A program made the translations under genes and the position numbers. From contig JBPOGH010000010.1 in NCBI GenBank assembly GCA_051252135.1, positions 1 through 64,000 of the forward strand: a DNA stretch of 64,000 bases. Direction: 5' to 3'. Below the pieces are notes generated by a model, which made no database searches, was not told the origin of the DNA, and saw nothing but the letters and a program-made list of their open reading frames with translations. Shown in pieces: positions 1 to 10,277 of the stretch; position 1 is the stretch's first letter, and every line of letters begins with the position of its first letter. This DNA is from Verrucomicrobiaceae bacterium (GTDB taxonomy: Bacteria; Verrucomicrobiota; Verrucomicrobiia; Verrucomicrobiales; Akkermansiaceae).

Positions 1-96
1 GGGGGCTTGGCTGGGGGCTTGGCTGGGGGCTTGGCTGGGGGCTTGGCTGGGGGCTTGGCTGGGGGCTTGGCTGGGGGCTTGGCTGGGGGTGGGGGG
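1..96 (+). repeat. Tandem 12-mer (GGGGGCTTGGCT) x7 plus G-tracts; begins at the window edge so may be longer
   Basis: Seven exact units at 1-84, then GGGGGTGGGGGG. Confidence 0.95.
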
Positions 97-148
97 ATGT
101 TTTGTCCCCGTTTTGAGGGATTGCCTTGAGGGGGGGTGATTGGTAGGA

Positions 149-2419
149 ATGCGGGTCATGGGAGCCCGTTGTTTTGTTTCTGCAATTTTGATGCTCACTG
201 CGGTGGTGCAGGCGGAGCCGGAGATGGAGGACTTTTTGGAGTTTTACTGTGTGGATTGTCACGGGGACGGGACGGAGAAGGGTGGGTTGGATCTGCAGCT
301 GGTGGCGGAGTCGCCGATGGCGGAGCAGGGGAAGATTTGGGAGCATGTGATTTTGAGGATGGAGAGCCGGCAGATGCCGCCGCCGGATAAGGATCGGCCG
401 ACGGAGGAGGAGTATGAGGAGACGATTGGTGATTTGGTGGCGTTCTTTGACGGGTTGGCGGAGGAGAGTCCGGAGCCGGGGGATGTGCCATCGATTCGGC
501 GACTGACGCGGACGGAGTATCGCCATGCGGTGCGGGATTTGCTGGGGGTGACGGTGGATGTGAGTGAGTTGCTGCCGAAGGATGAGTCGAGCCACGGGTT
601 TGATCACATCACGGTGGGGAATCTTTCGCCGACCTTGTTGAATCGTTATGTGGGCGCGGCCCAGAAGATTGCGAAGGTCGCGGTGGGCGAGGTGCAGTCG
701 TCGCCCGACCTGCGGGTGGTGCGGCTGCCGGGAGACCGGAGTCAGAAGGAGCATGTGGAGGGCTTGCCGCCGGGGACGCGGGGCGGGTTGGTGTTTGATC
801 ATCATTTTCCGGTGACGGGTGAGTATGAGTTTGAGGTGAGGTTGTCGCGGGACCGGAATGAGGAAGTGGAGGGGCTGAACGGGACCCACGAGATGGAGTT
901 GTTGCTGGATGGGGCGGTGGCGGAGAGTTTTCAGGTGAAGCGCCCCGAGAACCGGGATCACACGAAGGTGGATGCGCATTTGAAGGCGCGGATTCGGATT
1001 GAGGGCGGGACGAAGAAGGTGGGGGCGACTTTTGTGAAGCTGCCGAGCTCGCTGCTGGAGACGAACCGTCAGCCGTATGATGCGGAGTTTAACTTTCATC
1101 GTCATCCAAGGCAGGCACCGGCGATCTTTCAGCTGTCGATTACGGGGCCATTGGGTGAGCAGGAGGTGGCGGGGACGGAGAGCCGGAAGGAGATTTTTCG
1201 AGAGGGTGAGTCCAAGGAAGCGGCATTGCGACGCTTGATGCGCAAGGCCTATCGGCGGCCGGTGACGGAGGAAGAAGTGGCGGCGATTCGTCCTTTTCTG
1301 GAGGAGGGAATGGAAATGGCGGTGAGTGCGATTTTGGTGAGTCCGCAATTTTTACTGCGGGTGGAGGGGCCGCCGGAGGGAGTTGAAGCGGGTGAGGTGT
1401 ATCGATTGGATGATTTCAAGCTGGCGACGCGCTTGTCGTTTTTTCTGTGGAGCAGTCTGCCGGATGAGGAGCTTTTGGATTTGGCGGAGGCGGGGAAGCT
1501 GAGTGATCCGGCGGTGTGGGACGGGCAGGTGAGGAGGATGCTTGAGGATGAGAAGGCGGAGACGCTGGTGACGAACTTTGCGGACCAGTGGTTGCAGCTT
1601 CGGAATCTGGATTCGTTTTCGCCCGATCTGCGGATGTTTCCGGACTTTGATGATAACTTGAGGCAGTCGTTTAAGAAGGAGACCTCGTTGTTCTTTGAGA
1701 GCATTTTGCGGGAGGAGCGGAGTGTGATGGATTTGCTGAAGGCTGATTATACTTTCCTGAATGAGCGGCTGGCGCGGCATTACGGGATTCCGCATGTTTA
1801 CGGGAGTCATTTCCGGAGGGTGGCGGTGGGACCGGAGAGTCATCGGGGCGGGTTGCTGCGGCAGGGGAGTGTGTTGGCGGTGACCTCGTATGCGAATCGT
1901 ACTTCGCCGGTGATCCGGGGGAACTGGGTGTTGGAGAATGTGCTGGGGACACCGGCTCCGCCTCCGCCGCCGAATACGCCGACGCTGGACGAAGTGGTGG
2001 TGGCAGCGAACCTGCCGATGCGTGAGCGGCTATCGGCGCACCGGGACCGGAAGGAATGCCGGGCGTGTCATGCGCTGATGGATCCGGTGGGATTTTCGCT
2101 GGAGCAGTTTGATGCGGTGGGGCGATGGCGGGTGAAGGACGGGGATGCGCCGGTGGATGCAAGTGGCGGGTTGCCGAGCGGGGAGAGATTTGAGGGGGTG
2201 GACGGGCTGGAAGAGGGGTTGTTGCGGAGCCCGGATCTTTTTGCGAAGACGGTGACGGAGAAGCTGATGGTCTATGGGCTGGGGCGCGGGGTGGAGCACT
2301 ATGACGCGCCGGCGATCAGAAAAATTGTGGAGGAAGCGTCTGAAGACGGTTATTGTTTAAGCGATCTCATTTTGGGGGTGACGAAAAGTATGCCCTTCAG
2401 CCACCGTAGAAAGTTGTAG
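149..2419 (+). CDS. DUF1592-family protein (PVC cytochrome-c-like; DUF1587/1595/1592/1588/1585 architecture)
   Basis: Signal peptide, CVDCH and CRACH haem-type motifs, RRLTRTEY, LATRLSFFLWSSLPD, TSPVIRGNWVLENVLG; followed by a DUF1552 gene. Confidence 0.85.
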   Translation: MRVMGARCFVSAILMLTAVVQAEPEMEDFLEFYCVDCHGDGTEKGGLDLQLVAESPMAEQGKIWEHVILRMESRQMPPPDKDRPTEEEYEETIGDLVAFFDGLAEESPEPGDVPSIRRLTRTEYRHAVRDLLGVTVDVSELLPKDESSHGFDHITVGNLSPTLLNRYVGAAQKIAKVAVGEVQSSPDLRVVRLPGDRSQKEHVEGLPPGTRGGLVFDHHFPVTGEYEFEVRLSRDRNEEVEGLNGTHEMELLLDGAVAESFQVKRPENRDHTKVDAHLKARIRIEGGTKKVGATFVKLPSSLLETNRQPYDAEFNFHRHPRQAPAIFQLSITGPLGEQEVAGTESRKEIFREGESKEAALRRLMRKAYRRPVTEEEVAAIRPFLEEGMEMAVSAILVSPQFLLRVEGPPEGVEAGEVYRLDDFKLATRLSFFLWSSLPDEELLDLAEAGKLSDPAVWDGQVRRMLEDEKAETLVTNFADQWLQLRNLDSFSPDLRMFPDFDDNLRQSFKKETSLFFESILREERSVMDLLKADYTFLNERLARHYGIPHVYGSHFRRVAVGPESHRGGLLRQGSVLAVTSYANRTSPVIRGNWVLENVLGTPAPPPPPNTPTLDEVVVAANLPMRERLSAHRDRKECRACHALMDPVGFSLEQFDAVGRWRVKDGDAPVDASGGLPSGERFEGVDGLEEGLLRSPDLFAKTVTEKLMVYGLGRGVEHYDAPAIRKIVEEASEDGYCLSDLILGVTKSMPFSHRRKL

Positions 2420-2427
2420 AAAACGTC

Positions 2428-3759
2428 ATGTTTATTTCAAAGAAGTCACTTTCCCGTCGCACGGTGTTGCGGGGGCTTGGATCGTCGGTTGCGTTGCCAC
2501 TGCTGGATGCGATGGTGCCTGCGGCGACGGCAGCGAGGGTTACGGCGGCCCAGCCGGTGAAGCGCCTGGGATATGTGTTCATGCCGATGGGGTGTGATTT
2601 GACGCGGTGGACGCCGGGGAGCAAGGGGGATTTGAGCGAGCTTTCGCCGATTTTGGATTCGCTGAAGTCGGTGCGTGATTCGGTTTCGATTTTATCCAAT
2701 CTGGAGCTGCAACCGGCGTATCCGGGGACGCATGCGACCTCGAACTCCGCTTTCTTGAGTGCGGCCCAGGCGAAGCAGACGGAAAGTGCGGATTATTTTT
2801 TGGGGACGACAGCGGACCAGATTGCGGCGCAGCATTTGGGGAAGGAGACCCAGCTGTCATCGCTTGAGATGTCGATGGATCTGATGCAGACGGTGGGGCA
2901 GTGCGACAATGGGTATGCGTGTGTTTATCAGAACAATTTGTCGTGGTCGTCTCCGACGACGCCGCTGCCGGCCGAGGCGCATCCGCGCTTGATTTTCGAG
3001 GCCTTGTTTGGTGAGGGCGGGACGCCGGAGCAGCGGCGGGCGGCCTTGGCGAAGAAGGCGAGCTTGTTGGACTTTGTGAATGACGACCTTTCGCGGTTGA
3101 AGCGTCAGGTGGGTGTTTCGGACCGGGCACGGATTGATGATTATCTGACCTCGGTGCGCGAGATTGAGCGTCGGATTCAGAAGGCGGAGGCGGCGACGCG
3201 GGATGAGGCGCTTCCTGATTTGGATCGGCCGCAGGGGGTGCCGGCATCGTATGCGGATCATGCGCGGTTGATGTTTGAGCTGCAGATGCTGGCGTTTCAG
3301 GGGGATATTACGCGGATTACGACGTTTCAATTGGCACGCGAGACGAGCAACCGGGTTTATGCGGAGACGGGGGTGACGGACCCGCACCATCCGTTATCGC
3401 ACCACGGGAATGACCCAACGAAGGTGGAGAAGATGGCGAAGATCAACGCGTTCCATGTGTCGCTCTTTGCGGAATTTCTGGAGAAGATGAAGGCGACGCC
3501 TGATGGCGATGGTTCGCTGTTGGATCATTCGCTTTTTCTTTATGGAAGCGGGATGGGGAATCCGAATGTGCATGATCACCAGAACCTTCCGGTGATCGTG
3601 GCGGGGGGAGCGGCTGGCGGGATGAAGGGGAACCGGCATATTGAATTCAAGGAGCCGACTCCGTTGGCGAATCTGCATCTGACCTTGATGGAGAAGGCCG
3701 GGGTGCAGCTGGATCGTTTTGGAGATAGCAGCGGGACGATCAAGGAGCTGAGCATATGA
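2428..3759 (+). CDS. DUF1552 (HxxSHH) family protein with Tat-like signal
   Basis: SRRTVLRG N-terminus, HHPLSHH motif, LDHSLFLYGSGMGN..H. Confidence 0.9.
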   Translation: MFISKKSLSRRTVLRGLGSSVALPLLDAMVPAATAARVTAAQPVKRLGYVFMPMGCDLTRWTPGSKGDLSELSPILDSLKSVRDSVSILSNLELQPAYPGTHATSNSAFLSAAQAKQTESADYFLGTTADQIAAQHLGKETQLSSLEMSMDLMQTVGQCDNGYACVYQNNLSWSSPTTPLPAEAHPRLIFEALFGEGGTPEQRRAALAKKASLLDFVNDDLSRLKRQVGVSDRARIDDYLTSVREIERRIQKAEAATRDEALPDLDRPQGVPASYADHARLMFELQMLAFQGDITRITTFQLARETSNRVYAETGVTDPHHPLSHHGNDPTKVEKMAKINAFHVSLFAEFLEKMKATPDGDGSLLDHSLFLYGSGMGNPNVHDHQNLPVIVAGGAAGGMKGNRHIEFKEPTPLANLHLTLMEKAGVQLDRFGDSSGTIKELSI

Positions 3760-5114
3760 AGTGGCTTTTATCGGCGTTGTTTTTTCAAGTGCTGCAGGCG
3801 ACTCCTTTGGTGGATGCGGCGCACCGGAATGATTTGGCAGAGGTGACGAGGTTGCTGGAGGCGGGCGCCGCGGCGGGTGAGACGAACCGGTATGGGGTGA
3901 GTCCGTTATCGCTGGCGTGTCAGAGCGGGAACGTGGAGATGATTCGAGTTTTGCTGGCGAAGGGGGCGGATGCGAATGCAGCGTTGAAGGGTGGCGAGAG
4001 TCCCTTGATGACGGCCTCGCGGACGGGAGTTTTGGACGCGGTGAAGGTGTTGGTGGAGGCGGGGGCGAAGCTGGAGGCACGGGAGCACCGGGGGCAGACG
4101 GCGCTGATGTGGGCGACGGCGGAGGGGCACCTGGAGGTGGTTCGTTTTTTGGTGGATGAGGGGGCTGATTTCAGGACGCCGCTGCAGGGGGGATTTACGC
4201 CGATGTTACTGGCGGTGAGGGAGGGGCACATTGATTTGGTGCGGGAATTTCTGAAGAGAGGGGTGGATGTGAATGAGGCGGCGAAGCCGAAGCGGGCGGG
4301 TGGCAAGCGGTTGCGTGAGGGGAGCACTCCGCTGATGGTGGCGGTGGAGAACGGGCATTTTGATTTGGGGGTGGTGCTGCTGGAAGCGGGGGCGAATCCG
4401 AATGACCAGGGGTCGGGATTTGCGCCGCTGCATGCGCTGACGTGGGTGCGGAAGTCAGTGAAGGGGGATGGGGACGACGGGCTGCCGACGCCGAAGGGAT
4501 CGGGGATGATGGGGAGTCTTGAATTTGCGCGGGCGTTGGTGAAGCACGGTGCGGACCCCGATCTGAAGTTGGACGACGGTCGCGGTGGGGTGGCGCGGGT
4601 GGATCGAAAGGGTGCGACGGCTTTTTTGATGGCAGCGGAGGCGGGGGATTTGGAATTTTTGAAGGTGCTGATTGAGTTGGGGGCGGATGCGAGTATGGGG
4701 AATCGTGGTGGGACGGTGCCCTTGCTGGCGGCGGCGGGGATGGGGGTGACGGCTCCGGGGGAGGAGGCGGCGAGTGTGGAAGAGGCGATGGAGGTGGTGA
4801 GGTTTTTGGTGGAGATGGGGGCGGATATCAATCTGAAGGATCGTCGTGGCGAGACGGTGATGCATGCGGCGGCCTACAAGAGTGCGCCGAAGATGATGGA
4901 GCTTCTTGATGAATTGGGTGCGGATATTGCGGTGTGGAATCAGAAGAATAAATCGGGGTGGACGCCTCTGCTGATTACGCAGGGTTTTCGGCCGGGGAAT
5001 TTCAGGCCGATTGAGACGAGTGAGCGGGCGTTGGCAGCGATCATGCGAAAGCATGGCGCGGAAGTTCCTCCGGCACCTAAGCGGAAGAAGATCAAGGGTT
5101 ACCAGGACCGGTAA
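3756..5114 (+). CDS. Exported ankyrin-repeat protein
   Basis: Multiple G.TPL..A...G repeats; ATGA overlap with the upstream gene. Confidence 0.9.
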   Translation: MKWLLSALFFQVLQATPLVDAAHRNDLAEVTRLLEAGAAAGETNRYGVSPLSLACQSGNVEMIRVLLAKGADANAALKGGESPLMTASRTGVLDAVKVLVEAGAKLEAREHRGQTALMWATAEGHLEVVRFLVDEGADFRTPLQGGFTPMLLAVREGHIDLVREFLKRGVDVNEAAKPKRAGGKRLREGSTPLMVAVENGHFDLGVVLLEAGANPNDQGSGFAPLHALTWVRKSVKGDGDDGLPTPKGSGMMGSLEFARALVKHGADPDLKLDDGRGGVARVDRKGATAFLMAAEAGDLEFLKVLIELGADASMGNRGGTVPLLAAAGMGVTAPGEEAASVEEAMEVVRFLVEMGADINLKDRRGETVMHAAAYKSAPKMMELLDELGADIAVWNQKNKSGWTPLLITQGFRPGNFRPIETSERALAAIMRKHGAEVPPAPKRKKIKGYQDR

Positions 5115-5120
5115 ACAAAA

Positions 5121-5143
5121 TCAGCCCGCGGGGAGCGGGCTGA
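5121..5143. terminator. Hairpin between convergent genes
   Basis: TCAGCCCGC-GGGGA-GCGGGCTGA. Confidence 0.55.
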
Positions 5144-5160
5144 TGAGCGAGAGGCGTTGG

Positions 5161-7209
5161 TTAATCTGCGGGTACTTGTCTTTCGCGCACCTGGAGGAAG
5201 AGTTTTTCCGTTCCGTCCGGAAGCATGAAGGACCGGGTGGTGGTGGTTCCTTCCGCGGGGATTCCGTCTTCCAGTTCGATCCAGCCGTCTTCGGTGAGTT
5301 CAAGGGAGGCGAAGACATCGTAGTTGGTGTTGGGGCGGGAATTCCAGCTCAAGGTGACTTCGCTTGTGAGTGGATCAAAGGAAAGGTCGGTAATTTGTGG
5401 TGGGCCGAGGGTGGCTTTTCCGAAGCCGGAAGGCGCAGGGATGGAGCCCAGAAGCGTGTCCGCATCGGAGACGTAGAAGTCATCGAAGGCAATGGCCTGT
5501 GAGGCTTGGTCGACTGCGAGGCTGGTGACCAAAAACAGGGAATCGATCGGGGCACGGGGGACGCCGAGGAGGAAGATTTCCTGTGGCTCGCGATCGGAAG
5601 AGAAGTTATCGAATACCGTTTGGCGGGTTCCGCCGGTGGGTGCGACATGGACCGAGAAGGTGTCGGTTTCTCCGAGGGGCACGTTTTGGACATCAATCCA
5701 GACATCGTAGGAGGTATCGGGCTCGAAGGTGAGACCGGAATCTGTGGGGGCTCCGCCGATGCCATTGACGGCTTCCATTTTGAGGCCGAGACCGGCTTCC
5801 CGGGACAGGGTGATGTAGGTTCCGATGTTGCTATTCCAGTCATCGACGAAGCGGAATTTTTTCTCCGTGAGGCCTGTCTTGACGATAAAGGGAAGATCGG
5901 GCTCGAGGCTGCTGAGGCAGAATCTGAAGAAGAGGGTGCGGGACGATTCGCTGGCCACGGTGTGTGATCCCAGTTTGCGTCCGGTGAGGTCGTTTCCAGC
6001 GGTAGTGGCCAGAGCCTGGGTATCACCGACATTAACAACCTCGAAACTTCCCGAGGGCGAAGTCCAGGAACCCTGATCATCGAGAGCGCCGTTGGGGTAT
6101 TCATTGAAGTCTTCGATCCAATTCCAACCTTCGGTGACTCCTTCGATGATGCTGACGGAGACGGTTTGGGTGATGGGTGCTTCCGCTCCGCGTTCGGCGG
6201 TGAGGGTGAAGGTGGTGGGTTCGGTGATGGTGACGAGGGTGTTACCTACTCCGAATGCGCTGATGGCGGTGACATCGCCCACTCCCTGATCGATGGAGAG
6301 GGTGGCGTCCTTGGTGGCATCCCAGGAGAGTTTCACCTGATCGCCGGCGATCACTTTACGGTATTCGGCAGAGAAGCCGTTGATGGCGAGGTCTTCGACG
6401 GTTTCATCGAGGTCCGGCATGCCATTGGTCATGAGGTCGGTGATTTCAGCGGGGGTGAGGGCCCGTTTCCAGATGGCGGCTTCATCGATGTCACCGGTGA
6501 CGTGAGCAACGACACCAGCCCTAACGACGGCGCCGAAGGCGGTGGTGTTCATGTTGTGGGTGTATCCGGCGGCCTTGGCGGGGATGGCGATGGTATCGAG
6601 GACTCCATCGACATAGACCTCTCTGGTGGCTGATCCGTCGCCCTGCAGAGTCTGGACGAAAGCGATGTGGTGCCAGTCCACGCCATCCAAGGGGGTGGCT
6701 CCGGTGGGGGTGTGGTTGAAGACGGGGAAACCATTTTTATCGCGGATGTAGACATCGAGCGAATTGTTTGAACCTCCCGGGACGGTGCCCATGGTGAAGA
6801 GAGGGGTTCCGTCGCCGGCAGTGACGCTGGCTTCACAGAAGATGCGGAGGTCCCCCTGGCCGCTGGCGTTGGCGCGGACCCAATAGGCGATGGTGAAGGA
6901 GTCGTTCTTCATTGCGGGGAGGTCGTCTCCGCTGTCATGGGTGCGATAAAGGTAGGTGCTGTTGGCCCCTTTTAGGCTGAAGCCCATGCCGAATTTTCCG
7001 GGGATGAGGTCACTGGCGGTGAGGTTTTCGAGGAGGAAGTCGTGCTGGCTGGCGAGATCGGGCGTCTTGTTGCCCTGGACTTCATCGAAGGGCCAGTAGG
7101 AGACGAGGTCGGTTTTGAGGGAGTCTCCCTGGCCATGGGAGAACTGCGTAAGGGCAGCCAGAGAGAGGGTCGCCTTGGTGAGAAGTTGTATTAGTGTGTG
7201 TGTGCTCAT
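5161..7209 (-). CDS. Secreted LamG/ConA-like domain protein with verrucomicrobial-type C-terminal domain
   Basis: Signal peptide; LVSYWPFDE...WHHIAFV...GDIDEAAIWKRAL; C-terminal LSWNS...Y...S..L...W...FLQV. Confidence 0.75.
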   Translation of the reverse strand: MSTHTLIQLLTKATLSLAALTQFSHGQGDSLKTDLVSYWPFDEVQGNKTPDLASQHDFLLENLTASDLIPGKFGMGFSLKGANSTYLYRTHDSGDDLPAMKNDSFTIAYWVRANASGQGDLRIFCEASVTAGDGTPLFTMGTVPGGSNNSLDVYIRDKNGFPVFNHTPTGATPLDGVDWHHIAFVQTLQGDGSATREVYVDGVLDTIAIPAKAAGYTHNMNTTAFGAVVRAGVVAHVTGDIDEAAIWKRALTPAEITDLMTNGMPDLDETVEDLAINGFSAEYRKVIAGDQVKLSWDATKDATLSIDQGVGDVTAISAFGVGNTLVTITEPTTFTLTAERGAEAPITQTVSVSIIEGVTEGWNWIEDFNEYPNGALDDQGSWTSPSGSFEVVNVGDTQALATTAGNDLTGRKLGSHTVASESSRTLFFRFCLSSLEPDLPFIVKTGLTEKKFRFVDDWNSNIGTYITLSREAGLGLKMEAVNGIGGAPTDSGLTFEPDTSYDVWIDVQNVPLGETDTFSVHVAPTGGTRQTVFDNFSSDREPQEIFLLGVPRAPIDSLFLVTSLAVDQASQAIAFDDFYVSDADTLLGSIPAPSGFGKATLGPPQITDLSFDPLTSEVTLSWNSRPNTNYDVFASLELTEDGWIELEDGIPAEGTTTTRSFMLPDGTEKLFLQVRERQVPAD

Positions 7210-7364
7210 AGTCGAAACGACAGATTAAGCAGCATATAAAGGGTTAGGCTATGGGGAGTCAAGTTCGGGAGAGCGACCCGAGAGGATAGAAGGGATCCGG
7301 GCACGGGGAGACCTTGGGAAAAGCGAAATGATTCAGCCTTGAGGGGGGTGGGTCTGGCTGGCGG

Positions 7365-8711
7365 CTATGATCTTCCGGAGCGGCCGGAATTGGGGCTGCG
7401 ACGACGATTGCCGCCGGCCGAGGTGCGTTGGCCACCGCCGCCGCCACCGCCGAAGCTGGAGCGTCTGCGATTACCGCCACCGCCGCCACGGTTACCGCCG
7501 CCACCGCGATTGCCACCACCACCGCGAGAGGATGGTGGTTTGGGAACGCGAGCGCCGAGGGCGGCTTCGGGGAGTGGGTTGGTGGGTTCGAAGCCCTCGA
7601 GGGTGCGCCGGTCGATGAGGCGACCGATGAGTTTTTCGATGGCGACGAGAAGGTGGAGTTCATCGGCGGCGACGAGCGAGACTGCTTGTCCATCCGAGCC
7701 GGCGCGGCCGGTGCGTCCGATACGGTGAACGTAGTCCTCGGGGACTTCGGGGAGGTCGAAATTGACGACCTGGGGGAGTTCGTTGATGTCGATGCCGCGG
7801 GCGGCGATGTCGGTCGCGACAAGGACGCGGATTTTACCGCTTTTGAAATCGGCGAGGGCGCGGGTCCGGGCGTTCTGGCTTTTGTTTCCGTGGATGGGCT
7901 CGGAGCCGATGCCTTGTTGTTCGAGGAACTTGGAGATCTTGTTCGCGCCGTGCTTGGTGCGGGAGAAGACGAGGACCTGTTGCCAGTCGTTGCTGTGCAC
8001 CATTTCGGCAAGGACCTGGGCTTTGAGGGTTTTTTCGACGGGGCAGATCCACTGGGTGACGGTCTCGGCGGTGGTGTTGCGCGGGCTGACGGAGATTTCG
8101 ATGGGGTCGTTGATGAGGCCTTTGGCGAGGCGGCGAATCTCGGGAGAGAAGGTGGCGGAGAACATGAGGTTCTGTCGCTGGTAAGGGAGTTTCGCGATGA
8201 CCTTTTTGATGTCGTTGATGAAGCCCATGTCGAGCATGCGGTCGGCTTCATCGAGGATGAGGACTTCGAGGCGTTTGAAGTCGATGGCTCCCTGGTCGTA
8301 GAGGTCGAGGAGTCGTCCGGGGGTGGCGATGAGGATATCGCATCCGCGCTTGAGCTTGCTGATCTGGGGGTTGGCTTTGACACCGCCGAAGACGACGCAG
8401 GAAGTGAGGTTGAGGTGCTTGCCGTAGGTGGCGACGCTTTCGGCTACCTGAGCGGCGAGCTCGCGGGTGGGGGTGATGACGAGGGCGCGGACTTCGCGGT
8501 TGCGGGCGGGTTTTCCGGGAGCGAGGCGGTGGAGGAGGGGGAGGGTGAAGCCGGCGGTTTTTCCGGTGCCGGTTTGGGCGGCGGCCATGACATCGCTGCC
8601 GCTCATGACGGCGGGGATGGCTTGGGCCTGGATGGGAGAGGGGGTGTCGTAGCCTTTGTCGATGACGGCTTTCAGGATAAGTGGGTCGAGGCCCAGGGAA
8701 TCAAATTTCAT
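7365..8711 (-). CDS. rhlE: DEAD-box RNA helicase (RhlE-like)
   Basis: [29 protein letters not shown], Gly/Arg-rich tail; start reassigned to ATG at 8711. Confidence 0.85.
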   Translation of the reverse strand: MKFDSLGLDPLILKAVIDKGYDTPSPIQAQAIPAVMSGSDVMAAAQTGTGKTAGFTLPLLHRLAPGKPARNREVRALVITPTRELAAQVAESVATYGKHLNLTSCVVFGGVKANPQISKLKRGCDILIATPGRLLDLYDQGAIDFKRLEVLILDEADRMLDMGFINDIKKVIAKLPYQRQNLMFSATFSPEIRRLAKGLINDPIEISVSPRNTTAETVTQWICPVEKTLKAQVLAEMVHSNDWQQVLVFSRTKHGANKISKFLEQQGIGSEPIHGNKSQNARTRALADFKSGKIRVLVATDIAARGIDINELPQVVNFDLPEVPEDYVHRIGRTGRAGSDGQAVSLVAADELHLLVAIEKLIGRLIDRRTLEGFEPTNPLPEAALGARVPKPPSSRGGGGNRGGGGNRGGGGGNRRRSSFGGGGGGGQRTSAGGNRRRSPNSGRSGRS

Positions 8712-8878
8712 AATATAGAAGGTGTGCTGACCTTCTTGAGAGTAGGAAATTTCCTTCAAACAGCGGCCTCGCGGCGACAGGAGGGAGGTAGTTTGGTGAT
8801 AATTACAAGAGTTAAACGACTTAATCGAAGAGGAATATCGGTGGCATTGAAGCAAGGTTGGAATAGATTGGGGTATTG

Positions 8879-9367
8879 ATGAAGGAATCAGGAAGTCAGA
8901 GGGAAGCCGGTGGGGAGAGGAAGAGTGGGGTTTCGAAATGGATCGCTTTTATATTGGATGACTTGATTCGTATTCCGGGAACGAAGCGCCGGATTGGATT
9001 GGATCCGTTGATCGGGTTGATTCCGGGGGTGGGGGATTTTTTGACGTCGACGGGGGGATTGGCGATTTTGGCGGCGGGTGCGAAGAGGCGGGTGCCGAAG
9101 AGTATTTATCTGAAGATGGCCTCGAATTGGGTGGTGAATTCGTTGATTGGGGCGATTCCGTTTGTGGGTGATGCGTTTTCGTTTTGGTTTAAGTCGAACC
9201 GGAGGAATTATGATTTATTGGCGCCCCATATTGGGGAGACCGCGACCCAGGAAAGGAAGGGTGGCGGGTGGTGGCCGGTGATGATCTTGGTGGCTGCGGT
9301 GGTGATTGTCTTTTCGGTGATTGGATTGATGGCGTGGTGGGGTGTGCGGGTGCTGGGAGGGGGCTGA
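8879..9367 (+). CDS. DUF4112 membrane protein
   Basis: [25 protein letters not shown]...IPFVGD motif. Confidence 0.85.
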   Translation: MKESGSQREAGGERKSGVSKWIAFILDDLIRIPGTKRRIGLDPLIGLIPGVGDFLTSTGGLAILAAGAKRRVPKSIYLKMASNWVVNSLIGAIPFVGDAFSFWFKSNRRNYDLLAPHIGETATQERKGGGWWPVMILVAAVVIVFSVIGLMAWWGVRVLGGG

Positions 9368-9403
9368 TCGGGATTCGCGAGTGAGGGACGAAGTGGTGAA
9401 GCG

Positions 9404-9440
9404 CAAAAAAAGAGCCGGACCATGGGGCCCGGCTCTTATG
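9404..9440 (-). terminator. Intrinsic terminator downstream of the redoxin gene
   Basis: AAGAGCCGG...CCGGCTCTT stem with an A-run on + (U-run on -). Confidence 0.7.
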
Positions 9441-9460
9441 GAAATGAGACTAAGGGTGGC

Positions 9461-10165
9461 TTATTCTTCGCCGGCCTTTTCCTTGATGAGTTTTTGATCC
9501 TCTTCGGAAAGTTTATCGATGGCGTAGGGAACGGTGCGACCGCCACGGAGCTTGAAGATCACCTTGTCACCGTCGATGGAGGTGACGGAGGCGACGAGGG
9601 GTTTGCCATCGGAGTTCTTCCAGGTGCGTTCCCCGATGAGTGGGCCTTGTGGCTTTTCTTCATCGGGATCGGGAAGGTCGCCGACTTTTTTCATGGCGCT
9701 CTTTACGGTCTTATCGAAGTCCTCGTGCATGGGGTGTCCACTGAAGAGGAGTTGTCCATCGGCGCCGAAGATGACGGCGTGAGGGATTCCCCGGGAGGAC
9801 ACGGGACCGCGGACACCTTTGGTGACGAGGAACTCGGCTTTGTGCTCTTTGAGGACCGCTTCGATATCTTCCTTGGAGCTGCCTTGGCACTCGTCGGCGA
9901 TGATGGTGAGACCCTTTTTGCTGTAACGTTTGTCCATCTTGACCAGATGGGGCATTGCTGCGATGCAGGGACCTCACCGGGTGCCCCACTTTTCGATGAC
10001 GACTACACGGCCTTTGAGAGCGTCGAGGTCGACACCCTCGCCGATGATTGCTTCACCGAGAGTCCACTCGGAAAGCTTGTGATCAGGCAGTTCTTCGTCC
10101 TGAGCCTGGGCAGGAAGCAAAGCGAGCGTGAAGGCTGCGATGCCGGCGGGTATGAATGATTTCAT
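9461..10165 (-). CDS. Probable selenoprotein: exported TlpA/redoxin (UxxC) fused to an SHD1 domain; in-frame TGA at 9974-9976
   Basis: Reading through TGA gives MKSFIPAG...LKGRVVVIEKWGTR-U-GPCIAAMPHLVKM..., an intact thioredoxin-fold site; C-terminal RTWKNSDGK...LSEEDQ is SHD1-like; downstream hairpin; selA nearby. Confidence 0.88.
9934..9950 (-). promoter_or_regulatory. Putative bacterial SECIS element
   Basis: mRNA CCAUCU-GGUCA-AGAUGG, loop 29 nt after UGA. Confidence 0.75.
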
Positions 10166-10277
10166 GGTTATGGGAAGTTTCCCCTGAGTTCTACGGGAGT
10201 TCAAGGTGTATCTTTTCATCCAAAAGAGAGGGCCCGGGAGTCTGACGGGAAGGGGGGAGGGATTTGGATCCGAGATG

